Made by a program: the position numbers and the translations under genes. Below, piece by piece: positions 1 to 9,888 of a stretch of DNA of 27,300 nucleotides. The notes under the pieces were generated by a model that was not told the DNA's origin, searched no databases, and saw nothing but the letters and a program-made list of their open reading frames with translations. Location: contig JBBIJB010000029.1 of NCBI GenBank assembly GCA_037446215.1, positions 1 through 27,300 on the forward strand. The letters are read 5' to 3'. Source of the DNA: Armatimonadota bacterium. GTDB lineage: Bacteria > Sysuimicrobiota > Sysuimicrobiia > Sysuimicrobiales > Humicultoraceae. How positions within the stretch are numbered: position 1 is the first letter of the stretch; every line of letters begins with the position of its first letter.

Positions 1-447
1 CGCGATCGAGCCTCGCCTCTCTGCCTCCTCGGTTTTCTCCCACTCGGCGAGCGCGCTGCGGATGTACCCGACCGCTGTGGCCTTCTCGCCCGGATCCAGC
101 CAGCGGCTCTCGAGGCCGATGAGGTTGAGCGCTGCCTCGATCAAGAACTCGTATGCGAACTGCCGCTCGCGGATCTTTCGCCCGGCGGTGTCGTCTGCAT
201 CGGACGCCAGGGGGCGCGCACCGCGGAAGCCGACTCCCAGGATCCTTATGGCTCCCCCTACGACCGCCGGCAGCGCTCCCGTGATCTCCGGCAGCAGCAG
301 GTGATCGGCGGCCAGGGCCGCGTGACCCCATCCCGTGAGTTGCACGATCTGGGCCACGTGGTCATCGGCGATCGGGCGTTTCCCGGGGTCGGAGAGGCGT
401 TCAGGGGAGCTGGCGGAGACGACCGCCAGGATGTCCTCTTGTGTCAT
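1..447 (-). CDS. Hypothetical protein, partial (runs off the left edge of the window)
   Basis: Manual minus-strand translation from ATG at 447 (MTQEDILAVVSASSPERLSDPGKRPIADDHVAQ...RERQFAYEFLIEAALNLIGLESRWLD...) stays open for 149 codons to base 1 with GC3-rich codons. It is absent from the ORF track because no stop lies in the window. No family recognised. Confidence 0.65.
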   Translation of the reverse strand, partial: MTQEDILAVVSASSPERLSDPGKRPIADDHVAQIVQLTGWGHAALAADHLLLPEITGALPAVVGGAIRILGVGFRGARPLASDADDTAGRKIRERQFAYEFLIEAALNLIGLESRWLDPGEKATAVGYIRSALAEWEKTEEAERRGSIA

Positions 448-531
448 GTCTCATCGGTTCGCCCCCCTAGGGCTCTATCCCTACGTAGGGAGAGAGGCAT
501 GCCCCGACCCGTGCCTCGCGGTGGAGGAGGC

Positions 532-557
532 GACTAGACCTCGTCTTAGGTGGGCAA
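532..557 (+). promoter_or_regulatory. Putative SigB-type promoter, copy 1 (GACTAG-N14-GGGCAA)
   Basis: Same bipartite motif and 14-nt spacer as copies at 16884, 21093, 22102 and 23591. Lies upstream of ORF 605..877. Confidence 0.5.
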
Positions 558-604
558 GACCCTCATGAGGCGCGCTGCACCTACCCTTTGCCGGAGGGTG
601 TGCC

Positions 605-877
605 ATGGCTGATCAGGAGTCGACAGATGTTGCACGGGTGTTGGCTGCGCTCTACGAGGCCAAGGCCTGGTTTCGCCACGGCATCTCGGACGGCAGGCTG
701 GCCGAGCTCACGGGCCTTCCCATGGTCCGCGTGGTCGGCGCCCGCGTGAGGGCGGAGGCGGAGGGGCTGGTCGAGAGGCAGGGCGTAGGCACGAAGGACT
801 GCGTGACCCTCCTGACCCCGGCGGGCGTCGCTAAGGCGCAGGCCGCCGCCTCGGGCGAGCAGGCACCGTCTGGTTGA
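605..877 (+). CDS. Small winged-helix-like protein (putative DNA-binding)
   Basis: GGAGGG RBS upstream. The pattern ISDGRLAELTGLPMVRVV...EAEGLVER...TLLTPAG resembles MarR/wHTH proteins. Confidence 0.6.
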   Translation: MADQESTDVARVLAALYEAKAWFRHGISDGRLAELTGLPMVRVVGARVRAEAEGLVERQGVGTKDCVTLLTPAGVAKAQAAASGEQAPSG

Positions 878-903
878 GGCCGCCGGAACCGCTGTGCTAC
901 AAT
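874..903 (+). promoter_or_regulatory. Sigma70-type promoter of tRNA-His
   Basis: TTGAGG-N18-TACAAT with an extended -10 TG at 895-896, about 10 nt before the tRNA. Confidence 0.55.
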
Positions 904-913
904 CAGCGGGCGC

Positions 914-992
914 GGTGGCCGTAGCTCAGCCTGGTTAGAGCGCCTGGCTGTGGCCCAGGAGGTCGCGGGTTCGAATCCCGTCGGTCACCCCA
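914..992 (+). tRNA. tRNA-His (GTG)
   Basis: Acceptor stem GTGGCCG/CGGTCAC with encoded G-1 and C discriminator, D arm AGCTCAGCCTGGTTAGAGC, anticodon arm CCTGG-CTGTGGC-CCAGG, T loop GGTTCGAATCC, encoded CCA. Confidence 0.96.
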
Positions 993-1016
993 GCAGCCCA
1001 ACAAGGCATAAAGAGA

Positions 1017-1044
1017 GGAGCCCGGGCCGACCGGCCCGGGCTCC
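1017..1044 (-). terminator. Intrinsic terminator hairpin downstream of groEL (possibly bidirectional)
   Basis: Inverted repeat GGAGCCCGGGCCG/CGGCCCGGGCTCC, followed on the minus strand by TCTCTTTAT. Confidence 0.7.
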
Positions 1045-1062
1045 CATCACATTACACCTGCT

Positions 1063-2703
<1,641 letters not shown>

Positions 2704-2716
2704 CTAGGCGTTTCTG

Positions 2717-2743
2717 CTAGCACTCTCTACGTTCAAGTGCTAA
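2717..2743 (-). promoter_or_regulatory. CIRCE operator (HrcA binding site)
   Basis: Minus strand reads TTAGCACTT-N9-GAGTGCTAG against consensus TTAGCACTC-N9-GAGTGCTAA, 25 nt upstream of the groEL start. Confidence 0.93.
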
Positions 2744-2968
2744 TCCATCCCATATTCTTCGGAGGCCCGAATGGCAAATCAAGGACAGTGGAGGGCTTCC
2801 TGGGAGGATGATGGCGTGCTGTCGCCCCCAGGCTCTGCGAGGCTCTGCCTTTCTCCTGTTTTCGTGGATTCTTGCTCTTCACCGCTGACGCCCGGCGCGC
2901 GGACACCCGTGGGAGCTCGGGTGGTGGGGCTCCCCGGGGGCGTGCGGGCGTGCTGGTATACTGTGAGG

Positions 2969-3694
2969 GTGCGGCTCGACGCGATGCGCCGGTGGCAGGT
3001 ACCGACCGCCCTCTTCCTACTGGGCGTGGGGTTCCTCATGGCGGTGATGGTGAGGACCCGGGAGCCGATCAGGGAGGCGGCCGCCCTCCCCTCGTGGCGG
3101 CTCCAGGAGCTCGCGGTCCTTGTCAAGCAGCAGGAGGACGCCCGCGCCGTCCTGGAGGCGGAGGTGGAGGCGCTGATGCGCCGGGTCCAGGAGTACGAGG
3201 CCGCCGTCATGGAGGGCCGGGGCCTGACCGAGGCGATGGAGCGCGAGATGGCGCGTTACAGGTTGGTGTTGGGCCTGGTGCCGGTTTCTGGGCCGGGCGT
3301 GGTCGTAGTGGTCTCGGACGAGCCCGGAGGTCGACCCATCGTCCTCCCGGTCGCGGTTGAAGCCACAGACCTCTATGGGTTGGTGAACGAGCTGATGTCG
3401 GCGGGGGCTGAAGCGATTGCGATCAACGGCGTCCGTATACTCGCCAACTCCGGAATCCGTGCCACCGCTGCCGGGATGGTGGTGGAGGGGAAGTTGCTGA
3501 GGTCGCCCTACACGATAGAGGCGATCGGCGACCCGGCGGCCCTGGCGGCGGTTCTTTCGGTCCGAGGCGGGTTCGTCGAAGGGCTCGGCGCGGTCGGGAT
3601 AAGGATCTCGGTCAGCCCCCGCGAGCGGCTGACCCTTCCTCCCCGCGAAGGAGCGACGCCTTTCCACCTGGCTAGGCCCAAGGACGGGCAGTAG
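2969..3694 (+). CDS. DUF881 (YlxW/YlxX-like) membrane-anchored coiled-coil protein
   Basis: N-terminal TM helix, coiled coil, then GPGVVVVVSD...DLYGLVNELMSAGAEAIAINGVRI...PYTIEAIGDP. Start is probably GTG 2969 or ATG 2984 rather than 2771. Confidence 0.85.
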   Translation: MRLDAMRRWQVPTALFLLGVGFLMAVMVRTREPIREAAALPSWRLQELAVLVKQQEDARAVLEAEVEALMRRVQEYEAAVMEGRGLTEAMEREMARYRLVLGLVPVSGPGVVVVVSDEPGGRPIVLPVAVEATDLYGLVNELMSAGAEAIAINGVRILANSGIRATAAGMVVEGKLLRSPYTIEAIGDPAALAAVLSVRGGFVEGLGAVGIRISVSPRERLTLPPREGATPFHLARPKDGQ

Positions 3695-3876
3695 ACCCCC
3701 GGAAACGCTGGTGCGGCCGCCGCCAGATGATCGGGAACGAGTCCCACCTCTTCTGGCCGACACGACCGCACAGCTTGCCCCGTCCTTTGAGAGGCCCGCC
3801 GCTCTTGGGTCGCGGTCGTGCGGCGCGTTCTTGGTTCGACCGGACCTTGCGGTGTTGCCCTCGTCCGAGACGGGTC
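3694..3876 (-). ncRNA. Probable 6S RNA (SsrS-like)
   Basis: About 183-nt intergenic segment behind a sigma70 promoter. Manual folding gives a rod: terminal stem GACCC/GGGTC, irregular closing helix, central bubble (AACCAAGAAC opposite CAGAAGAGG) and internal stem CACGACCGCG/TGCGGTCGTG. G-U pairs favour the minus strand. Confidence 0.6.
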
Positions 3877-3879
3877 TAG

Positions 3880-3908
3880 AGTATATTCGGCCCGACAGTG
3901 GCCGTCAA
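3880..3908 (-). promoter_or_regulatory. Sigma70 promoter of the putative 6S RNA
   Basis: Minus strand TTGACG-N17-TATACT. Confidence 0.75.
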
Positions 3909-3961
3909 CAGGCAGTTACGAGTCTGTAGCCGCTCCCTGCCGTCCCGGCGTGACGTGGTGC

Positions 3962-5128
3962 TCAACCCCGCTCGACCGCGACCGCCACTGCTTCGCCCCC
4001 GGCCAGGCATACGGCGGCCACGCCGCGTCTCGCCCCCCGGGCGGCCAGCGCATGGACCAGAGTCGTCAGAATCCTGGCACCGCTGGCACCTATTGGGTGG
4101 CCCACGGCAACTGCGCCGCCGTGGACGTTCACCCGCTCCGAGGATATCCCAAGCTCCCGCGTCACCGCGATCACGACGCCGGAGAACGCCTCGTTTACCT
4201 CGAAGAGATCCACGTCATCCGTGGTCCAGCCCACCTTCTCCAGCAGCCTCCAGGTGGCCTCTGCAGGGGCTATTGTGAACCACTCGGGGGCCATAGCGGC
4301 ACCTGCCTGGCCGACTATCCGCCCGAGCGCCTCACCCTTCCTGGGGCCGGCCGCACTCTCCGAAGCCAGGACCACCGCCGCCGCCCCGTCGCTGATGCTG
4401 CTCGCGTTGGCAGCTGTGACCGTTCCTCCCTCCTTGAAGGCCGGCCGCAGCTTCGGGATCTTCTCGAAGTCGACCCTCCTGGGTTCTTCATCCTCGACGA
4501 CCTCCGAGGCGTCCGGAGCGACCACCTTCAGGATCTGGGAGCGCAGCAGGCCGGCATCCATCGCCGAGATCGCCCGCCTGTAGCTCTCCGCCGCGAAGCC
4601 GTCCTGCTCCTCGCGGGTGATACGGAAGGTCTCGGCCAGGATCTCCGCGCAGTTCCCCATGTGGCCGTGGCCGTAGGCATCGGTCAGGCCGTCCCGCAGG
4701 AGGGAGTCCGCCACCGTGCCGTCACCCAGCCTGTAGCCCGATCGGGCCCTGTCCAGGAGGTAGGGCGCGGCGCTCATGTTCTCCATCCCGCCCGCAACCA
4801 CGACCTCCGCGTCCCCTGCCAGGATCGCCTGTGCGCCGAGCATCGCGGCCTTCAGGCCCGAGCCGCACACCTTGTTCACCGTGGTCGCAGCCACGGAGTC
4901 GGGCAGGCCCGCGCGTAGGGTCGCCTGCCGGGCAGGCGCCTGCCCCAGCCCCGCCCCAAGCACGTTTCCCATGTACACCTCGCTGACATGGTCAGGGGCA
5001 ACGCCGGCGCGCCGCACGGCCTCTGATATGACCAGGGCTCCGAGCCTCGGGGCCGGGACTCCCGCGAGCCCTCCCATGAACCTCCCGATAGGCGTGCGCA
5101 CGGCACTCAGGATGAATACCTCGCCCAT
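3962..5128 (-). CDS. atoB: Acetyl-CoA C-acetyltransferase (thiolase)
   Basis: RTPIGRF, NKVCGSG (catalytic Cys), NEAF, GHPIGASG and CLAGG motifs. Confidence 0.93.
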   Translation of the reverse strand: MGEVFILSAVRTPIGRFMGGLAGVPAPRLGALVISEAVRRAGVAPDHVSEVYMGNVLGAGLGQAPARQATLRAGLPDSVAATTVNKVCGSGLKAAMLGAQAILAGDAEVVVAGGMENMSAAPYLLDRARSGYRLGDGTVADSLLRDGLTDAYGHGHMGNCAEILAETFRITREEQDGFAAESYRRAISAMDAGLLRSQILKVVAPDASEVVEDEEPRRVDFEKIPKLRPAFKEGGTVTAANASSISDGAAAVVLASESAAGPRKGEALGRIVGQAGAAMAPEWFTIAPAEATWRLLEKVGWTTDDVDLFEVNEAFSGVVIAVTRELGISSERVNVHGGAVAVGHPIGASGARILTTLVHALAARGARRGVAAVCLAGGEAVAVAVERG

Positions 5129-5260
5129 CTCGCCCCTCCCCTCGACATCTCCGCGCCCGGCCGCGAAGCTTGCCTCTTCGACGGCGGTGCGGCGGCTCGG
5201 AGGTCTTCCCCGCCGTCAGGCCCGTGCCCTCCTGGCCGCGGCGGGCAGGCCGGCCCGTTT

Positions 5261-5290
5261 TTGACACCCAACTTTTCCGGGGTGTATAAT
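5261..5290 (+). promoter_or_regulatory. Consensus sigma70 promoter of the rpsU operon
   Basis: TTGACA-N18-TATAAT. Confidence 0.85.
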
Positions 5291-5296
5291 GCGCTT

Positions 5297-5470
5297 GCTG
5301 TCAGACCTGCCCGGGTGCAGGCGGCACGGTCGGCTGTGCCGGTCGTGCCGGGGTCTATCACGGCAGGTTCCTCAGTAGCGGGGCGGAGGAGCCTGCCGGA
5401 TGCGTGTCTGTGGGGCGAAAGGGCTCGCGGGAAGCGCAGCCGTCCCACCTGAAAGCCTCGCCCGCATCGG
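5297..5470 (+). ncRNA. Long structured 5' leader (or separate ncRNA) upstream of rpsU, family unknown
   Basis: Consecutive hairpins at 5306-5321, 5322-5350 and 5361-5398, plus a domain closed by GATGCG/CGCATC (5399-5468) just before the RBS. Confidence 0.4.
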
Positions 5471-5487
5471 GAGGGGGTGAAAGGTCT

Positions 5488-5664
5488 GTGGCCGAGATCC
5501 GCGTAGGCAAAGATGAGACTCTCGACTCCGCGCTGCGGCGGTTCAAGCGGCAGGTGAAGCGTTCTGGCGTTCTCTCCGACGCCAAGCGACACTCGCACTA
5601 CGAGACTCCTGGGGAGAAGAGGCGGCGCAAGCTCGCCCGTAGCGCGAAGCGCCGGCGGCGGTAG
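5488..5664 (+). CDS. rpsU: 30S ribosomal protein S21
   Basis: (M)AEIRVGKDETLDSALRRFKRQVKRSGVLSDAKRHSHYETPGEKRRRK; GTG start after GGGAGGGGG. Confidence 0.96.
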   Translation: MAEIRVGKDETLDSALRRFKRQVKRSGVLSDAKRHSHYETPGEKRRRKLARSAKRRRR

Positions 5665-5688
5665 CCGCGGGAAGGCGCCGGGTCGAAG

Positions 5689-6141
5689 ATGGCGACGACC
5701 ATCGAGCAGCGTCTGGAGGCCGACCTCAAAGAGGCGATGAGGTCGCGTGACGCCTTGAGGACCTCCACCATCCGGCTGGCTAGGGCCGCGCTCAAGAACC
5801 TTGAGATAGAGCGAAGGCGTCCGCTCGGCGAGGCGGAGGCGGTTGAGGTGCTGATGCGGGAGGCGAAGCGGCGCCGCGAGGCGATCGAGAGCTTCACGCG
5901 CGGCGGAAGGGACGATCTCGCGCAGAAGGAGCAGCTGGAGCTGGCCCTGCTGCTCGGATACATCCCGGCAATGCTGTCGGAAGATGAGCTGCGCCGTCTG
6001 GTCGCCGAGGTCGCCGCCGAGATAGGTGCCAAGGGCGAGAAGGAGTTCGGCCGGCTGATGGGTCAGGTGATGAGGCGCGTCGGTGGGCGGGCGGAAGGCC
6101 GCGCCGTCGAGCAGGTCGTGAGGGAGAGCCTCAAGGGGTAG
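5689..6141 (+). CDS. yqeY: GatB/YqeY domain protein
   Basis: DLKEAMRSRD...KRRREAIESF...YIPAMLSEDEL...GRLMGQVM; conserved position after rpsU. Confidence 0.92.
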   Translation: MATTIEQRLEADLKEAMRSRDALRTSTIRLARAALKNLEIERRRPLGEAEAVEVLMREAKRRREAIESFTRGGRDDLAQKEQLELALLLGYIPAMLSEDELRRLVAEVAAEIGAKGEKEFGRLMGQVMRRVGGRAEGRAVEQVVRESLKG

Positions 6142-6286
6142 GTGTGCAGGCTCCGTGAGGCGTCGGCGAGGCCCGGAAGAGATCCGGGCCTCGCTTTTCG
6201 CTGGCGCGGCACGCCCCGCTGGAGGTCAGGGCATCGTCGGGTTGAATCTACCTTCCGAAGGCGGCCCCAGGGGTAGTGAGAAGCAG

Positions 6287-6769
6287 GTGACGGCTCCCTC
6301 CAGGAGAAAGAGACCGGTCAAGCGGGCCCACAGCGCCGGCGGCGTGGTCTTCCGTCGGCTTGGAGGCGTGATCCAGATCCTTGTCCTGCAGCACGAGGGC
6401 GGGAAGTGGATGCTGCCCAAGGGCACGATCGAGGTGGGCGAGACACCCGAGTCCGTAGCCGTCCGCGAGGTGCGGGAGGAGACGGGGCTGTCGAGGGTTC
6501 GGATCGTCGGCGACCTGGGGCAAGAGCGCTATTCCTTCTTCTGGCGAACAGAGGATACCTTCTACGATAAGACCGTCCGCTACTTCCTGCTCGAGTTCCT
6601 GGGCGGTGAAGAGGCGGAGCCCCAGCGCGAGGAGGGGTTCGTCGCCGTCGAGTGGGTCACCATCGAGGAGGCGTTTGCCCGCATCAAGTACAGGGAGACG
6701 CGCGAGATCGTCCGCCGGGCGCAGGCGGCGCTCGACGGGGTCGCTGAGTCGGGGGAGGCAGGCGGGTGA
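6287..6769 (+). CDS. NUDIX hydrolase (Ap4A hydrolase-like)
   Basis: Intact Nudix box GTIEVGETPESVAVREVREETGL, with SAGGVVFR and WMLPKG. Start uncertain (GTG 6287 versus 6155). Confidence 0.85.
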   Translation: MTAPSRRKRPVKRAHSAGGVVFRRLGGVIQILVLQHEGGKWMLPKGTIEVGETPESVAVREVREETGLSRVRIVGDLGQERYSFFWRTEDTFYDKTVRYFLLEFLGGEEAEPQREEGFVAVEWVTIEEAFARIKYRETREIVRRAQAALDGVAESGEAGG

Positions 6770-8055
6770 GCAAGGAGATAGAGCAGCGCGTGCTGAGGGT
6801 GTTCGGGCAGTACACCAACCACCTGAACCCGTCATGGGTTCGAGGGTACAAGTTCCTCGGCGTCGAGACGCTCGAGGTGGAGGCCGAGGGGGCCGTAATA
6901 CGCGACGCATACGGCCGGGAGTATCTCGACTTCGCGTGTGGCCCCGCGGTCTTCATCGTCGGCCACAGGCATCCCCGCGTCGTCGAGGCGGCCCGCCGCG
7001 AGCTCGATCGGATGCCGCTCTCGGTCCGCCTGATGGCCAACGAGCCGATGGGGGAGCTGGCCGAACTGCTGGCAGAGGTTACGCCGGGCGACCTGCAGTA
7101 CGTCTTCTTCTGCAACAGCGGCGCCGAGGCCAACGAGGGCGCCATCAAGCTCGCCCGGGCCTCCACGGGGAAGCCCGAGGTGGTCTCTACGATCGGCGCA
7201 TTCCATGGGAAGACGATGGGGGCGCTGTCGATCTCGGGCCGGGAGAAGTACAGGAAGCCGTTCGAGCCTCTTCTGCCGGGAGTGACGCACGTCCCCTACG
7301 GCGACGCGGGCGCCGTGGCCGATGCGATGACCCCCAGGACCGGCGCGGTCATCGTCGAGCCCATCCAGGGCGAGAACGGCGTGGTCGTGCCCCCACCCGG
7401 CTACCTCGGCAGCCTGCGGGAGATCTGCGACGGCAGAGGGGCCGCGCTGATCCTCGACGAGGTTCAGACCGGGATGGGAAGGACGGGCAAGATGTGGGCC
7501 TGCGAGCACGAGGGCGTCGTCCCCGACATCCTCACCAGCTCCAAGGGCTTGGGCGGGGGGATCGCCCCGGTGGGCGCCTTCATCGCCCGCCCTCACCTGT
7601 GGGATGCGATGGCGCAGCACCCCTACATGCACACCACCACCTTCGGCAACCGCCTGGGGTGGGCCGCGTCGATCGCGACGATCCGGGTGATCCAGGAAGA
7701 GGGCCTGCTCGAACGGGCTTCGGTGATCGGGGACAGGCTGATGGCCGGGCTGCGCGCGGTCGCCCAGGGGGCCGAGGGTATGATCGCCGACGTGAGGGGG
7801 AAGGGCTGCCTGGTCGGCGTGGAGTTCCAGGACTCGGATGTCGCCTTCCTGGTGCTCTCAGGCATCGCGCAGCGGCGGGTCCTCGCCTTTCACGGGATAA
7901 ACAAGCCCGAGGTCATCCGCTTCGCACCGCCGCTCATCGCCACGGATGAACAGGTCGACAGGGTGGTTGCCGCGTTCGCGGAGGCGGTGGAGGAGGCGGG
8001 CGCCCTGGTGGCCGAACTGGCGGCCGCGGAGGGCGTTGACTCGCGGGGGGAGTAG
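6766..8055 (+). CDS. Class III PLP-dependent aminotransferase (putrescine/acetylornithine transaminase-like)
   Basis: FCNSGAEANEGAIK, FHGKT, EPIQGENG, LILDEVQTGMGRTG, SKGLGGG (PLP Lys), HTTTFG. Confidence 0.9.
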   Translation: MSKEIEQRVLRVFGQYTNHLNPSWVRGYKFLGVETLEVEAEGAVIRDAYGREYLDFACGPAVFIVGHRHPRVVEAARRELDRMPLSVRLMANEPMGELAELLAEVTPGDLQYVFFCNSGAEANEGAIKLARASTGKPEVVSTIGAFHGKTMGALSISGREKYRKPFEPLLPGVTHVPYGDAGAVADAMTPRTGAVIVEPIQGENGVVVPPPGYLGSLREICDGRGAALILDEVQTGMGRTGKMWACEHEGVVPDILTSSKGLGGGIAPVGAFIARPHLWDAMAQHPYMHTTTFGNRLGWAASIATIRVIQEEGLLERASVIGDRLMAGLRAVAQGAEGMIADVRGKGCLVGVEFQDSDVAFLVLSGIAQRRVLAFHGINKPEVIRFAPPLIATDEQVDRVVAAFAEAVEEAGALVAELAAAEGVDSRGE

Positions 8056-8110
8056 GCGGTCACCCGAGATCGCCGAAGGGCGGCCCCGGAGTGGGAGTTA
8101 TTCCCGATTG

Positions 8111-8140
8111 TTGACGCGCCGTATTGTGGTATCTTATTGT
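8111..8140 (+). promoter_or_regulatory. Putative sigma70 promoter of the ABC cassette
   Basis: TTGACG-N18-TATTGT in an AT-rich intergenic patch. Confidence 0.5.
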
Positions 8141-8222
8141 GCAACCGCCGCGGCAGCCGCGGCCCAGGGCGCGCAGAAGTGAGCAGCGAGATCGGCACCA
8201 CATGGAGGGAGGGGTAGCGGAC

Positions 8223-9759
8223 GTGAGGATCACTCTTGGACGGATAGTCGCGCTGGCCGTGGTCGCGGCCCTTGTGCTCTCACCGCTGGTTCCCAGCGAG
8301 GCTCAGCAGCCGCGCCGTGGGGGAGTCCTGCGCATAGCGCACATAGGCGAGCCCCCGACGCTCGATCAGCACTGGACGACGGCGTCGATCACCGGCCACA
8401 TCATGTACAACGTGAACGAGGGCCTGTTCGCCGCGACCAGCAAGTTCGAGCCCAAGCCGATGCTGGTGGACAAGTGGGTGATGAGCGCCGACCGGCTCAC
8501 CTACACGTTCACCCTGCGCCGAGGGATCAAGTTCCACAACGGCAAGGATCTGACCAGCGAGGATGTCAAGGCCTCGCTCGAGCGCTGGGGTCGAATAGCG
8601 ACCCGGGGCAGGTCCCTCTTCGCCAACGTCGTCTCGCTGACCGCGCCCGACCCGCTGACGGTCGTGATGAAGCTCCGCGAGCCCTACGGGCTCCTCATCC
8701 TCGACCTCTCCTGGGTAGGCCAGTCGGCGGTCATCTTCCCCAAGGAGGTCATCGACGAGGCCGGTACCGGCCCTGTAAGGCGGTTCATCAGCACTGGGCC
8801 CTACCGGTTTGTCGAGCACCTGCCGGACAGGCACATCCGCCTGGATAGGTTCGATGGCTACCAGCCCAGGAGCGAGCCGCCCGACGGCGCCGCCGGCCGC
8901 AAGAACGCCTACTTCGACTCGATCTACGTCATCCCGGTCCCCGATTCCGCGGTCAGGAGGGGAGTACCAGTTCGCCGAGACGATCCCCCCGGACGAGTAC
9001 GACCGGCTGCGCACCGATGCCGACCTCGTGCCTTACGTGACCGACACCGCCAACTGGCTGACCGCCGTATTCAACAACCGCTCGCCGCTCATGTCCAACA
9101 AGAAGATCCGGCAGGCGTTCCAGGCGGCCCTCGACCAGGAGGCCGTCATGCGGGCGGCCTACGGCAACCCCAAGTTCTGGCGCCTCGATCCGGGGTTGAT
9201 GCCCAAAGAGCACTACATGTGGACCGACGCCGGCAAGGAGTTCGTGAACCAGAAGAACCCGACCAAGGCCCGGCAGCTCCTGGCCGAGAGCGGCTACAAG
9301 GGCGAGCCCCTGCGGTGGGTGACGACGATGGAGTACGTTGCCTACGGCACGGCTGCCCAGGTGGTGAAGCCGATGCTGGAGCGCGCGGGCTTCACGGTCG
9401 ATCTTCAGGTCGTGGACTGGGCCACCCTCGTGGCACGTCGGGCTCGACCGGAGCTGTGGGACGTCTTCAGCACCGCGTTCAGCTTCGTGCCCGACCCCGT
9501 CTTCCTGCTCTCGCTCAACCCGGTCTGGCCCGGATGGTACGATAACCGCGACATGAACGCGATGATGACCCTGCTGCGCAGGCACTCCGATCCCAAGGTC
9601 CGACGCGACCTCTGGGCGCGGATGCAGAAGCACTGGTACGAGGACGCGGGAACGATCAAGTTCGGCGACTACTTCCTGCTGCACCTCCACAGGAAGGAGC
9701 TCAAGGGCTACGGCAGCAGCCCTACGCACGTCTTCTGGAACGCTTGGTTGGAGCGCTAG
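8223..9759 (+). pseudogene. Opp/Dpp-family (SBP family 5) substrate-binding protein, frameshifted near 8958 (pseudogene or sequence error)
   Basis: The N-terminal half (signal peptide, GGVLRIA, EPPTLD, IKFHNG, STGPYRF) is in the 8124 frame up to PDSAVR. The C-terminal half (GEYQFAE...KIRQAFQAALD...FWNAWLER) is in the 8809 frame. Confidence 0.85.
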
Positions 9760-9773
9760 ATCGTAGTCGTGAG

Positions 9774-9802
9774 CCGGTGGGGGACAGGCGTGCCCCCACC
9801 GG
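9774..9802 (+). terminator. Stem-loop after the SBP gene (partial terminator or mRNA stabiliser)
   Basis: CCGGTGGGGG/CCCCCACCGG inverted repeat with no U-tract. Confidence 0.5.
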
Positions 9803-9888
9803 TGTCACCGACGCCAGGGCTTGAGATTCAGGCACGACAAGTCGAGACCCGGCCCCAGAGGGCCATGGTAGAGGGTGCTTCGTACTAG

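Noticed and set aside
914..1060. tRNA-His as an integration site for a mobile element
   Set aside because: No integrase, no duplicated tRNA 3' end and no evident compositional shift in the window.
2771..2968. Long N-terminal extensions in the ORF track (DUF881 from 2771, rpsU from 5404, alaS from 11491, Roadblock from 19276)
   Set aside because: They cross promoters or neighbouring genes. RBS or promoter position and family motifs support the later starts.
3855..3881. Minus-strand CTCTAG-N15-GGGCAA resembling the SigB-type motif
   Set aside because: The first base and spacer differ, and it overlaps the -10 box and 5' stem of the putative 6S RNA, which explain the sequence better.
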